From Candidatus Paracaedimonas acanthamoebae (GTDB lineage Bacteria > Pseudomonadota > Alphaproteobacteria > Caedimonadales > Caedimonadaceae), in NCBI GenBank assembly GCA_000743035.1, contig CP008936.1, positions 240,001 through 272,000 on the forward strand: 32,000 nt of DNA, in the 5' to 3' direction. Below, piece after piece: positions 1 to 7,340 of this stretch. The notes under the pieces are model-generated. The model was given only the letters and a program-made list of their open reading frames with translations, had not been told where the DNA came from and searched no databases. Every line of letters starts with the position of its first letter. Positions within the stretch are counted from its first letter, which is position 1. Made by a program: the position numbers and the translations under genes.

Positions 1-157
1 TTCCGCTGAAGCGATTATTGTCAAGTGCTTGCTTTAAAAAACCTTGATGACTTGCATCAAAATCTTGTGCAGGTTTTGAGAGCTTTTTGTCTTGTAAACA
101 TAGAAAAACCTTTGTTGCTTTCGAATCAAGGCTTTTAGCTGAAAATTTAAAATCCAT
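1..157 (-). CDS. 5' end of a gene running off the window; N-terminus tentatively leucyl aminopeptidase (PepA)-like
   Basis: ATG at complement 155-157, with GGAGGA (162-167 on + as tcctcc) 4 nt upstream. 52 codons stay open to the window edge: MDFKFSAKSLDSKATKVFLCLQDKKLSKPAQDFDASHQGFLKQALDNNRFSG. The segment ...LDxxxxGxLxxxLxxxxFSG resembles PepA N-terminal domains from memory only. Confidence 0.4.
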   Translation of the reverse strand, partial: MDFKFSAKSLDSKATKVFLCLQDKKLSKPAQDFDASHQGFLKQALDNNRFSG

Positions 158-365
158 GCAGTCCTCCGAATATTATATAAAATAAGGATTTATCATATTT
201 CACGCGCAAGAGTGAGTGATAATTTTTGTAAAATATGTAAAAACACAATATTATTTTATTATATGTAATTTTATAGGAGGTTGAAAGCTTAATAATAAAA
301 AACTTGACTCTCTTGAGGAGTCATGATTATGGTCTTATCACAAAAGTATAAAGCGAGTTTTGATC

Positions 366-533
366 ATGGCAAAAGCAACATCAATTAAAATTAAACTTTT
401 AAGCACGGAAAAGACAGGATTTTTCTATGTAACGAAGAAAAATCCAAGAACAAAAACCGAGAAAATGGAAGTACGTAAGTACGATCCTGTGGTGAGAAAG
501 CACGTCACCTTCCGTGAAACGAAAATAAAGTAA
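366..533 (+). CDS. rpmG: 50S ribosomal protein L33
   Basis: 55-codon ORF below the track cutoff: [55 protein letters not shown]. This is a typical L33 sequence (STxxTGxFYxTxKN...KxExxKYDP...KHVxFxExK). TAA at 531-533, followed by a terminator hairpin. Confidence 0.9.
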   Translation: MAKATSIKIKLLSTEKTGFFYVTKKNPRTKTEKMEVRKYDPVVRKHVTFRETKIK

Positions 534-554
534 AATATTTTAGGCCTTACAATA

Positions 555-585
555 AAAAGGGCTGCCATTGAGCAGCCCTTTTTAC
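555..585 (+). terminator. Rho-independent terminator after rpmG (A-run upstream makes it potentially bidirectional)
   Basis: aaaagggctgc / cattga / gcagccctttt. GC-containing stem of about 7-11 bp followed by a T-run, 22 nt after the rpmG stop. Confidence 0.7.
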
Positions 586-634
586 TTTAAATAAACTTAA
601 TTGCGTCATCTAGTGTTTAATCTTAAAAGACTTT

Positions 635-1103
635 TTACAGATTTTCAAATTCTTGATCCATCAATATGACATAAGGTTGCCACGCTTTATCTTGAGAAAG
701 TTCTTTAAGCATTTTTTGTTTTTTTCAATTTCGTCTTTCAATAGACGTATATTCTCTCGCAATTTTGATTTTTCTTGCCTTGAGAGAGCACTAATTTCTG
801 AAGGTTGCATTTGAGCTAAAAGGTTTCCAAATTCGATTTTAAGTAATTCGAATTCTCCTTCGATCTTTTTTTGATATTCAAGGGTGTTCACATAAAGATT
901 GAGCAATGTTTTAGAAATTTTTTCTGTCTCATTTTGATAGGTAGCATAAATATCTTTTGAGATTTGAATATCGCCTGATAGCTCCATATTTACAAGCTGG
1001 TCATATGTGAGATGAAGTATTTGAGCATACTCAACTAGATTCTATGATATTCTTCAGTGTGATTTTGCAAGTCTTCTAATAATTTTTGATTAGATGAGAA
1101 CAT
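635..1103 (-). pseudogene. Disrupted coiled-coil protein gene (three reading-frame segments)
   Basis: ATG at complement 1101-1103 with AGGAGA 7 nt upstream opens a 22-codon frame (MFSSNQKLLEDLQNHTEEYHRI) that stops at 1035-1037. The 108-aa track ORF (661-987) is open upstream to ~1041 in the -1 frame (NLVEYAQILHLTYDQLVN-MELSGD...) and its own ATG has no RBS. At the A7 run (719-725 on + as T7) another -1 frame reads KKQKMLKELSQDKAWQPYVILMDQEFENL* and ends at 635. Confidence 0.45.
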
Positions 1104-1285
1104 AGATTTTTCTCCTATATTATTAATCATAGGAGGTTAATTTTTTGTGAAATAATAGAATTAAATAAATTTCTAAAAGAAGAATAATAACTGTTTTTAA
1201 ATGGGTATTAAGTCTCATTCTAATATGAGGGGTCATCTTGTAGAATTTTTATAAGAGAGGAGCGACATAAGCTTAATCTCAATGC

Positions 1286-2821
1286 TTACGAGCTAGAAGA
1301 AACTTGTTCTCTCCTAAAATAGATATTTGGAATTTTAAAGAAGTAAACAATAAGACGCGTTAGGAAAGCGCCTGCTATATGAAGCATAACACCATATTTG
1401 ATGGCTTCGGGGTTAATATCGTTTGTTTGCCATATGAGGAAAATAGACAACGAAAATCCCCAAAAGATGGCAATTTCAGGATAGATACCGCCACGTAAGC
1501 TAACAACATCTTTACTCCCACTAATTAGGTCACGGAGAATGCCTCCACCCGCGCCTGTGAGAAAGGCAAAGAAAGCACCCCATAACCAAAGTGGGCTTAC
1601 TTTAGCCATAACTGAAACAACAATACCTGTAATGGTGAAAGCTGAAAGCCCCATCGCATCGCAGATTGCAAGGATGTGTTCTGCCGTGTGAGTTGTTTTA
1701 TAGCTTGGGTGCTTTGTCTCTGTAGAAATCTTTTTATTCTGCCAATGCTCATAGAGATGTACAGCAGAAAAACCTATAAGGACGGTTGCTAATACGAGAG
1801 ATAAATATAAAGGAGATTGAAGGGCACCAACGGGTTTTCGGTTAAAAATAACGTCTCGAATAATTCCTCCGCCTAGAGAAGGTAAAACAGCGAGCAAAAA
1901 AGCTCCGAAGAGAGTCGCTCTTTTTTGATAAGCAATAACAAGTCCTGAAATTGCGAAAGCAATCGTCCCCATGATTTCAATAAAGTGAAACCAATTTGTA
2001 TCAATTGTTTGCAATAAGAGAGCAGGATGAAGATACCATGAGATAATTTGATTATATGCCGAAGAATCTTTTACGTTTTCAATTGCTTTATTAAACTCTT
2101 CAACTTGCGTGAGAGGAACGGTTTTCTTGCTAAACATAAAGTGAATGGGTGTTTTAATTCCTAAGCGAATTTCATTGATGTGAGTTCCATGATTTGTTCG
2201 CCAAATAAGGGTAGCGCCCACAATACGGTCGGCCAGAAAGCCATCAATTTTTCCCTCTATAAGAGAATTGATATTCTCAAGGTCGTTATTAGCTTTAATA
2301 ATAAATTCTTGATTTTGAGGATCTTCTAGCCATTTATTAATAGCAGGATCCGCATAAATATAGCCTTCAATAATACCTATGCGAAATTGATGTTGTTTAA
2401 CTTGATTGAGGAACTCAGGAATTGTTTTGAACTGGAGTCGAGATTCTTCATTACGACGCACAAAAAGAGAGTTTTCTTCAAAACGGTAGGGAGCAGAAAA
2501 ATGCACGAATTGAGCTCGTTCCGCTGTATATGTCGCACCTGCGGCAAAATCTCTTTTTCCATTTTTGAGATCTTCTTGGTGCTGCTTCCATGAGACAGGC
2601 TCGTAAACAACCTTATATTTGGCAGCAGTCGTAATTGCTTTAACGAGCTCAATATCGAGACCCGTTAATGTTTCCCCTGCTCCTTCATTGCGGATTGTGT
2701 ACTGGTAAGGATCCCACAAATACCAACCATTGAGAAGCGTATCTTTAGGCGCAAAAGTACTTTGAGCGTATACCTCTAAACAACAGACGATAAGCAGAGA
2801 TAAAAGTCTTATAAATATCAT
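1286..2821 (-). CDS. Fusion protein: periplasmic solute-binding (family 3-like) domain + TRIC/UPF0126 (YadS, Gly_transporter-type) 7-TM channel domain
   Basis: Uninterrupted 511 codons, with GGAGG RBS upstream (gggaggaaccaATG). Has an N-terminal signal peptide (MIFIRLLSLLIVCCLEVYAQS). About 240 aa look like a type-3 SBP (GLDIELVKAI..., ...IDGFLADRIV). Hydrophobic helices follow, carrying two copies of the UPF0126 hallmark GGGxxRD (PSLGGGIIRDVIF and GAGGGILRDLISG). Confidence 0.8.
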   Translation of the reverse strand: MIFIRLLSLLIVCCLEVYAQSTFAPKDTLLNGWYLWDPYQYTIRNEGAGETLTGLDIELVKAITTAAKYKVVYEPVSWKQHQEDLKNGKRDFAAGATYTAERAQFVHFSAPYRFEENSLFVRRNEESRLQFKTIPEFLNQVKQHQFRIGIIEGYIYADPAINKWLEDPQNQEFIIKANNDLENINSLIEGKIDGFLADRIVGATLIWRTNHGTHINEIRLGIKTPIHFMFSKKTVPLTQVEEFNKAIENVKDSSAYNQIISWYLHPALLLQTIDTNWFHFIEIMGTIAFAISGLVIAYQKRATLFGAFLLAVLPSLGGGIIRDVIFNRKPVGALQSPLYLSLVLATVLIGFSAVHLYEHWQNKKISTETKHPSYKTTHTAEHILAICDAMGLSAFTITGIVVSVMAKVSPLWLWGAFFAFLTGAGGGILRDLISGSKDVVSLRGGIYPEIAIFWGFSLSIFLIWQTNDINPEAIKYGVMLHIAGAFLTRLIVYFFKIPNIYFRREQVSSSS

Positions 2822-2992
2822 TGGTTCCTCCCTTTTTGATCATATGACTGAAAGCCGACAGTGGCAATAGGTTTTGTAGGATAGTAAGGTAAGAGATCTT
2901 GTCTCTCTCGTATGTCCTCATTTTATTATTCCTTTCCTATATCATGTCTTACGCACAGTTTAGGGGGCTTCTGACGCCTCTTCATATCTTTG

Positions 2993-3028
2993 GGTTGCTG
3001 AGATCCCTGGGACAAGGCTGGGGATGAC
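2993..3028 (+). repeat. Palindromic repeat module A, copy 1 (stem degenerate)
   Basis: ggttgctgagatccctgggacaaggctggggatgac. Confidence 0.7.
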
Positions 3029-3088
3029 GCTAGAGTGGACATTCGGTTCCTATTGCCACCAATCACACAATAACGTTGCCCTTTGATC

Positions 3089-3142
3089 TTCCTGGATCCC
3101 CGCCTCTCGCCTCGACAAAGCCTGGCTCGCGAGGATGGCGAC
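3089..3142 (+). repeat. Palindromic repeat module B, copy 1 (about 21 nt inserted in the loop, degenerate)
   Basis: ttcctggatccccgcctc[tcgcctcgacaaagcctggct]cgcgaggatggcgac, compared with copy 2 ttcctggatccccgcctccgcggggatgac. Confidence 0.5.
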
Positions 3143-3222
3143 GGAGAAGAGTACTATTCCGCTCTTTGGCCCGTGCCTCTCCCATACAAATGAGGACCTT
3201 CTGGCACCTATTCACACCTTCT

Positions 3223-3259
3223 GGTTGCTTGAGATCCCCGGCACAAGGCCGGGGATGAC
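3223..3259 (+). repeat. Palindromic repeat module A, copy 2
   Basis: ggttgcttgagatccccggcacaaggccggggatgac, stem atccccggc/gccggggat. The upstream flank from ~3197 also aligns with the flank of copy 5. Confidence 0.8.
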
Positions 3260-3387
3260 CGTATGGGTGATAGCCCTGAAGCTCATCAGTTTTCATTCCT
3301 TTGCTGTCAACCATTTTTTCTTCCTTTCTTTATTCATTTTCATCTCTGCTCAATCCTCACTAATGAGATCCAAGTTCTTCCATCTTC

Positions 3388-3424
3388 GTCATCCTTGGCC
3401 CTGTGCCGAGGATCTCAAGCAACA
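3388..3424 (-). repeat. Palindromic repeat module A, copy 3 (inverted)
   Basis: On +: gtcatccttggccctgtgccgaggatctcaagcaaca. An extended flank to ~3452 (gaaagatctcacctatcaccactcgatg) is shared with copy 4. Confidence 0.8.
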
Positions 3425-3462
3425 GAAAGATCTCACCTATCACCACTCGATGCCTTCGGCAT

Positions 3463-3492
3463 TTCCTGGATCCCCGCCTCCGCGGGGATGAC
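3463..3492 (+). repeat. Palindromic repeat module B, copy 2
   Basis: ttcctggatccccgcctccgcggggatgac, stem atccccgc/gcggggat. It gives the artefactual peptides ...LDPRLRGDD... and ...IPASAGMT... in the track ORFs. Confidence 0.75.
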
Positions 3493-3592
3493 AAAAGAAA
3501 AGCAAGGATGACATCGGAAGGATTGCTTGTTCCTATAGTCACCAACCAACACCTTTCCATCCTTGGCAACGAGCACTTTTGTACCCATCCTG

Positions 3593-3629
3593 GTCATTCT
3601 CGGGCTTGTCCCGAGAATCTCAAGCGACA
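3593..3629 (-). repeat. Palindromic repeat module A, copy 4 (inverted)
   Basis: On +: gtcattctcgggcttgtcccgagaatctcaagcgaca, with a perfect stem attctcggg/cccgagaat. Flank to ~3657 (gaaagaccttgcttatcaccagtcgatg). Confidence 0.8.
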
Positions 3630-3721
3630 GAAAGACCTTGCTTATCACCAGTCGATGTTCCTTTTAGCCATCGTGTTTCTTGGGCACATTAAAAACTTTC
3701 TGGCGCCTAGTTGCATCACCA

Positions 3722-3758
3722 GGTTGCCTGAGATCCCCGGGACAAGCCCGGGGATGAG
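3722..3758 (+). repeat. Palindromic repeat module A, copy 5
   Basis: ggttgcctgagatccccgggacaagcccggggatgag, with a perfect stem atccccggg/cccggggat. Confidence 0.8.
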
Positions 3759-4404
3759 GACCGAAAAGTTGCTTATGCCTGTCTTTTCCTGCCGCTCTCC
3801 ACTGTCCTCTTCTTTGCCTCTGTCACCAGGCAAAGAGACGTCATTCGCTCAAAAAGAGCGTTAAAAGGCTTATTTTGTTTAATAATGTAGGTTTTTATCC
3901 CTGCTTTATTCTTCTTTTTTTTTCTTAGAGGGCTTCAGAAATTAGGTAAAGGGTTTATGAAGAGAGGTCATCTTTTCATAAGAAGGAATCATTTCTGACC
4001 ATCTACTTACAGACTACCATAATAAGTTACAAAATTCAAGAAAATTTTGTATAAAAGTAAAAAATATTTTATAGTACCAAGGCATTATGAAATAATCTGA
4101 GCTATTTTTTTCTCTTTTTATCCTCCATAAAAACAAGGCGAAATTTTAAGGGAGAAAACTGATTCCTTGCAGCTTTATCGGCACACATGATCTCGAAGCT
4201 TCAGTAAAAGCCAAAGATGATGGCGAGGAGAGAAGCAGCCTTGACGATTGTCTAAGAATTTAGTAATTTTAATACCATGAAAACCTCATAATATCTTTTT
4301 TCGGCACTTTAGTTAAAGTCAGTCTTTTGGCTGATGTTGACAAGATCGATCTTTCCCTTAATCCTGATAAGGTTTAAGAACTTCTATTTTTTAGTTTTAC
4401 TTTT

Positions 4405-6192
4405 TTGAGAGTTCTCATGTTAATACCAAAAACATTAGGTGCATTTCTGTGGCACTTCCTTCGAAAGCAAAAAGTTGGTTTTGGCCTCATCATTGGAGGT
4501 ACTTTCTTTTGGGCGATCAATGAGTCACTTTTTCCTTATTTCGTGAAAGTGCTTGTGAATAGGATTGAAACACTTGATCGGGCGGATCCTAAGCTTTGGC
4601 AGCAGTTATTTACCCCCATCATTGCGATTAGTGGATGTTGGATCGTGATGGAAATAGCTATGAGATTTCAAGGATATATTACTTACAAGACGCTACCTCG
4701 CTTTAGAGCGGCTATAAGAGATGAAATCTTTGAATATACGCGCCAGCATGACCACACATTTTTTGCAAATAATTTTGCTGGCGCCATTGCTAATAAAATT
4801 AGCGATCTTCCTCGTGCCTCAGAAGATATTTTTCTAACGCTTGTCCATAATTTATTTAGTACGACGCTTACTTTCTTAATATCGTTATTTATTTTAGCGC
4901 AAGTAAGTTGGTTTTTTGCAACCTTACTAAGTGCGTATTATTTCTTAATTGTAGGGATAACAATAATTTTTCAACCATGGATTGATCGAACATCACAAGC
5001 CCATGCAGAGTCGATTGTTCGATTAAATGGTCAGATTGTAGATATTTTTAGTAATATTATTAACGTTCGCCTTTTTGCGCGCGGCTCCTATGAAAGAAAA
5101 TATCTGAAGCAATTTCAAGATGAGGAAATTTTTAAGTCTGAGAAAGCAGATTTCGCTATTCAATTTTTGAATTTTTTCCGAGGAGTTTTATGCTCATTCT
5201 TTATTGGGGGAATGATATGGGGGCTTGTTTATGGTTGGCATGAAGGTTGGGTCACGATTGGAGATTTTTCTTTAATTACAATAACTTCCTTTAATCTTTT
5301 GGGGATGATCTGGCATATGACTTATAATATGAATAGTCTTTTTAAAGATATGGGGACAATGCGGGCAGCGCTTTCTCTTGTGATACAAAAACATGCCATT
5401 ACAGATTTCTTAGGCGCGAAAGATTTAAATGTTACAAAGGGTGAAATTTATTTTGCCAATGTAACATTTAATTATCAACGGAATACAAATCTTTTCAAAA
5501 ATCAAAATATTGTGATTGAAGCAGGTCAAAAAGTGGGGCTTGTTGGTTTTTCTGGTTGTGGGAAAACGACGTTTGTTAATTTAATTTTACGTTTCTTTGA
5601 GTTGAATGAAGGACGTATTCTTATCGATGGGCAAGATATTGCAAGGGTAACGCAAGATTCCTTAAGAGCTCATATTGCAATGATTCCGCAAGAGCCAACG
5701 TTATTTCACCGGACGCTTTTAGAAAATATCCGTTATGGACGTCTTGAAGCAAGTGGTGAGGAAGTTATCGAAGCGGCAAAACAAGCCCATTGCCATAATT
5801 TTATTATGGAGTTAGAGCAAGGGTACCAAACGATAGTGGGTGAGAGAGGAACAAAACTTTCCGGTGGCCAGCGGCAACGTATTGCGATTGCGCGGGCTAT
5901 ACTTAAAAATGCGCCAATTTTAATTCTTGATGAAGCAACTTCTGCACTTGATTCAGCGACAGAAAAGCTTATTCAAGAAAGCCTCAAAGAGCTCATGAGA
6001 GAAAGGACAACAATTGTCATTGCACACCGACTATCAACGCTTGCGGATATGGATCGTATCCTTGTTTTTAAGCAAGGGCAGATTGTTGAAGATGGGACGC
6101 AAGAAGACCTCTTGCAAAAAGAAGGACACTTTGCCAAACTTCATGCCCTTCAAAATGGCGGATTGCTGCCAGAAAAGGCAAAATTTTCTTGA
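4405..6192 (+). CDS. ABC exporter, fused permease/ATPase (MsbA/multidrug-type half transporter)
   Basis: An N-terminal 6-TM-like region is followed by the NBD motifs: Walker A GFSGCGKTT, signature LSGGQRQR, Walker B ILILDEATSALD, H-loop IAHRLST. The track start at 4405 is TTG; an in-frame ATG at 4417 is an equally good start. TGA stop. Confidence 0.9.
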   Translation: MRVLMLIPKTLGAFLWHFLRKQKVGFGLIIGGTFFWAINESLFPYFVKVLVNRIETLDRADPKLWQQLFTPIIAISGCWIVMEIAMRFQGYITYKTLPRFRAAIRDEIFEYTRQHDHTFFANNFAGAIANKISDLPRASEDIFLTLVHNLFSTTLTFLISLFILAQVSWFFATLLSAYYFLIVGITIIFQPWIDRTSQAHAESIVRLNGQIVDIFSNIINVRLFARGSYERKYLKQFQDEEIFKSEKADFAIQFLNFFRGVLCSFFIGGMIWGLVYGWHEGWVTIGDFSLITITSFNLLGMIWHMTYNMNSLFKDMGTMRAALSLVIQKHAITDFLGAKDLNVTKGEIYFANVTFNYQRNTNLFKNQNIVIEAGQKVGLVGFSGCGKTTFVNLILRFFELNEGRILIDGQDIARVTQDSLRAHIAMIPQEPTLFHRTLLENIRYGRLEASGEEVIEAAKQAHCHNFIMELEQGYQTIVGERGTKLSGGQRQRIAIARAILKNAPILILDEATSALDSATEKLIQESLKELMRERTTIVIAHRLSTLADMDRILVFKQGQIVEDGTQEDLLQKEGHFAKLHALQNGGLLPEKAKFS

Positions 6193-6247
6193 AAGTCCGA
6201 ACAGATTGAGTAGAAAAATATAGATTTTTTAAGGAAGGACTAAGTGA

Positions 6248-6418
6248 ATGTTTGGAATCTTAGCGGCAGTGCAGGCAATTGCTTACCATCAAACACATCT
6301 CAAGTGGTTGATGTGGGTTGCATTCGCGCTTTGTATTAAAGCTTTATTAACAAGCACGCAAAGGATGTTTAATATCTTTGGTGTCATCTTCTCTTTTGTT
6401 ATTATATTTCTTCTTTAG
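6248..6418 (+). CDS. Small hypothetical membrane protein (56 aa, two hydrophobic segments)
   Basis: ATG at 6248 with AAGGAAGGA about 8 nt upstream: MFGILAAVQAIAYHQTHLKWLMWVAFALCIKALLTSTQRMFNIFGVIFSFVIIFLL*. Below the track cutoff and no homology recognised. Confidence 0.3.
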   Translation: MFGILAAVQAIAYHQTHLKWLMWVAFALCIKALLTSTQRMFNIFGVIFSFVIIFLL

Positions 6419-6434
6419 AAAAAAATTAGTTTTT

Positions 6435-7160
6435 ATGCGGCACTTCGTTAAGACCATTCCGGGTAAGCTTACTTTTAATTTAACTCATCAGGAAGTCCAA
6501 GTTCGTATTATGCCTCTAGCGTGCGTTAGAAGAGCAACTTTACGCTATGATATGCAAGCTCAGGAATTTAAGATTCGTATTCCTCTGCACTATAAGCAAG
6601 CGGCAGTTGAACAGTTTTTAAGAGAAGCACAGGGGTGGATGGAAAGGCAGCTTTCAAAAGCCCCTCAACTTGTTCACATTTGCAATTGTAAGCAAGTTTC
6701 TTTGATGGGAAATGAGTTTGAGCTTAGTTATCGTGCGAGCCGACGGACGAGTTTTTTATTGATTGATGGGAAGCTTCATATTATGGCACCTACACCTAAT
6801 TTTGGGCCTGTATTAGAGAAATGGTTTAGGCAAACAATATTAGAATATTTTCGAATAAAAAGTGAACATTATAGTGCCCTTCTGGGGGTTAAGATTAAGA
6901 AGGTAAGCATTCGAGAAACCAAAAGTCGATGGGGAAGTTGTTCAGCGCATGGTTCCTTATCTTATAATTGGCGCCTTATTTTTGCGCCAAAAGAAGTGAT
7001 AGATTATGTTGTGGCCCATGAAGTTGCTCATCTTCAAGAAATGAATCATAGTATGAAGTTTTGGCGTTTGGTTGCGCAATTGCATCCTGAAGCTCAAAAA
7101 GCGCGCCATTGGCTTAAAGTAAATGGCTCAAAGCTATTCACAATACAGTTTCAAGAATAA
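6435..7160 (+). CDS. DUF45/YgjP-like (M48-type) metal-dependent hydrolase
   Basis: C-terminal hallmark YVVAHEVAHLQEMNHSMKFWRLV (HExxH...NHS..FW). I prefer the ATG at 6435 (MRHFVK...) because the track's GTG start at 6378 overlaps the small upstream ORF and encodes a low-complexity leader. Confidence 0.8.
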   Translation: MRHFVKTIPGKLTFNLTHQEVQVRIMPLACVRRATLRYDMQAQEFKIRIPLHYKQAAVEQFLREAQGWMERQLSKAPQLVHICNCKQVSLMGNEFELSYRASRRTSFLLIDGKLHIMAPTPNFGPVLEKWFRQTILEYFRIKSEHYSALLGVKIKKVSIRETKSRWGSCSAHGSLSYNWRLIFAPKEVIDYVVAHEVAHLQEMNHSMKFWRLVAQLHPEAQKARHWLKVNGSKLFTIQFQE

Positions 7161-7340
7161 TAGTTATTCGGTTGAAGTGTAAATTTTATAGAAAATTCGG
7201 CGAATCAGCCTTAATGTTCCTCTAGAGCTTTTATGAAAAGCCGAAGGTGATCTCACACAAAGAAAATTTACTTTACTTCATTAACTTATAAAGCGATACT
7301 TCCTCTCAACATTAATTTGGTTGTAAATCTTATCAATTTC

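Larger units (their letters stand above)
2861..3870. repeat. GC-rich island of nested/mosaic palindromic repeat modules (REP/MITE-like), non-coding
   Basis: Sits in the 1.58-kb spacer between divergent genes. Clearly GC-richer than its flanks. Contains 5 copies of module A, 2 of module B and several CCTATTGCCACC-like modules, in both orientations. Overlapping ORFs occur in all frames on both strands, as expected for repeat-derived artefacts. Confidence 0.8.

Noticed and set aside
2377-2652. Track ORFs 2377-2652 (-) and 2387-2593 (+) inside the SBP-TRIC gene
   Set aside because: They are embedded in or antisense to a well-supported 511-codon gene, have no RBS and have low-complexity composition.
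2822-3060. Glycine riboswitch upstream of the TRIC/Gly_transporter-family gene
   Set aside because: Members of this family are sometimes glycine-riboswitch controlled. Reading the minus strand here, I found no GGAGAG...ACCGAAGGGGCAA-type core, only repeat modules.
3063-3864. Eight overlapping track ORFs (60-153 aa) on both strands inside the GC-rich island
   Set aside because: They overlap one another in several frames and lack RBSs. They are composed of the palindromic repeat modules (peptides such as LDPRLRGDD, IPASAGMT, LEIPGTSPGMT are repeat translations). Long ORFs are expected by chance in locally GC-rich DNA.
2861-3870. Could the repeat island be a CRISPR array?
   Set aside because: The repeats occur in both orientations, are irregularly spaced, belong to different families and are themselves palindromic with variable stems. 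There is no cas gene in the window.
6014-6223. Track ORF overlapping the 3' end of the ABC exporter in another frame
   Set aside because: It lies out of frame within the conserved NBD C-terminus and has no independent signals.
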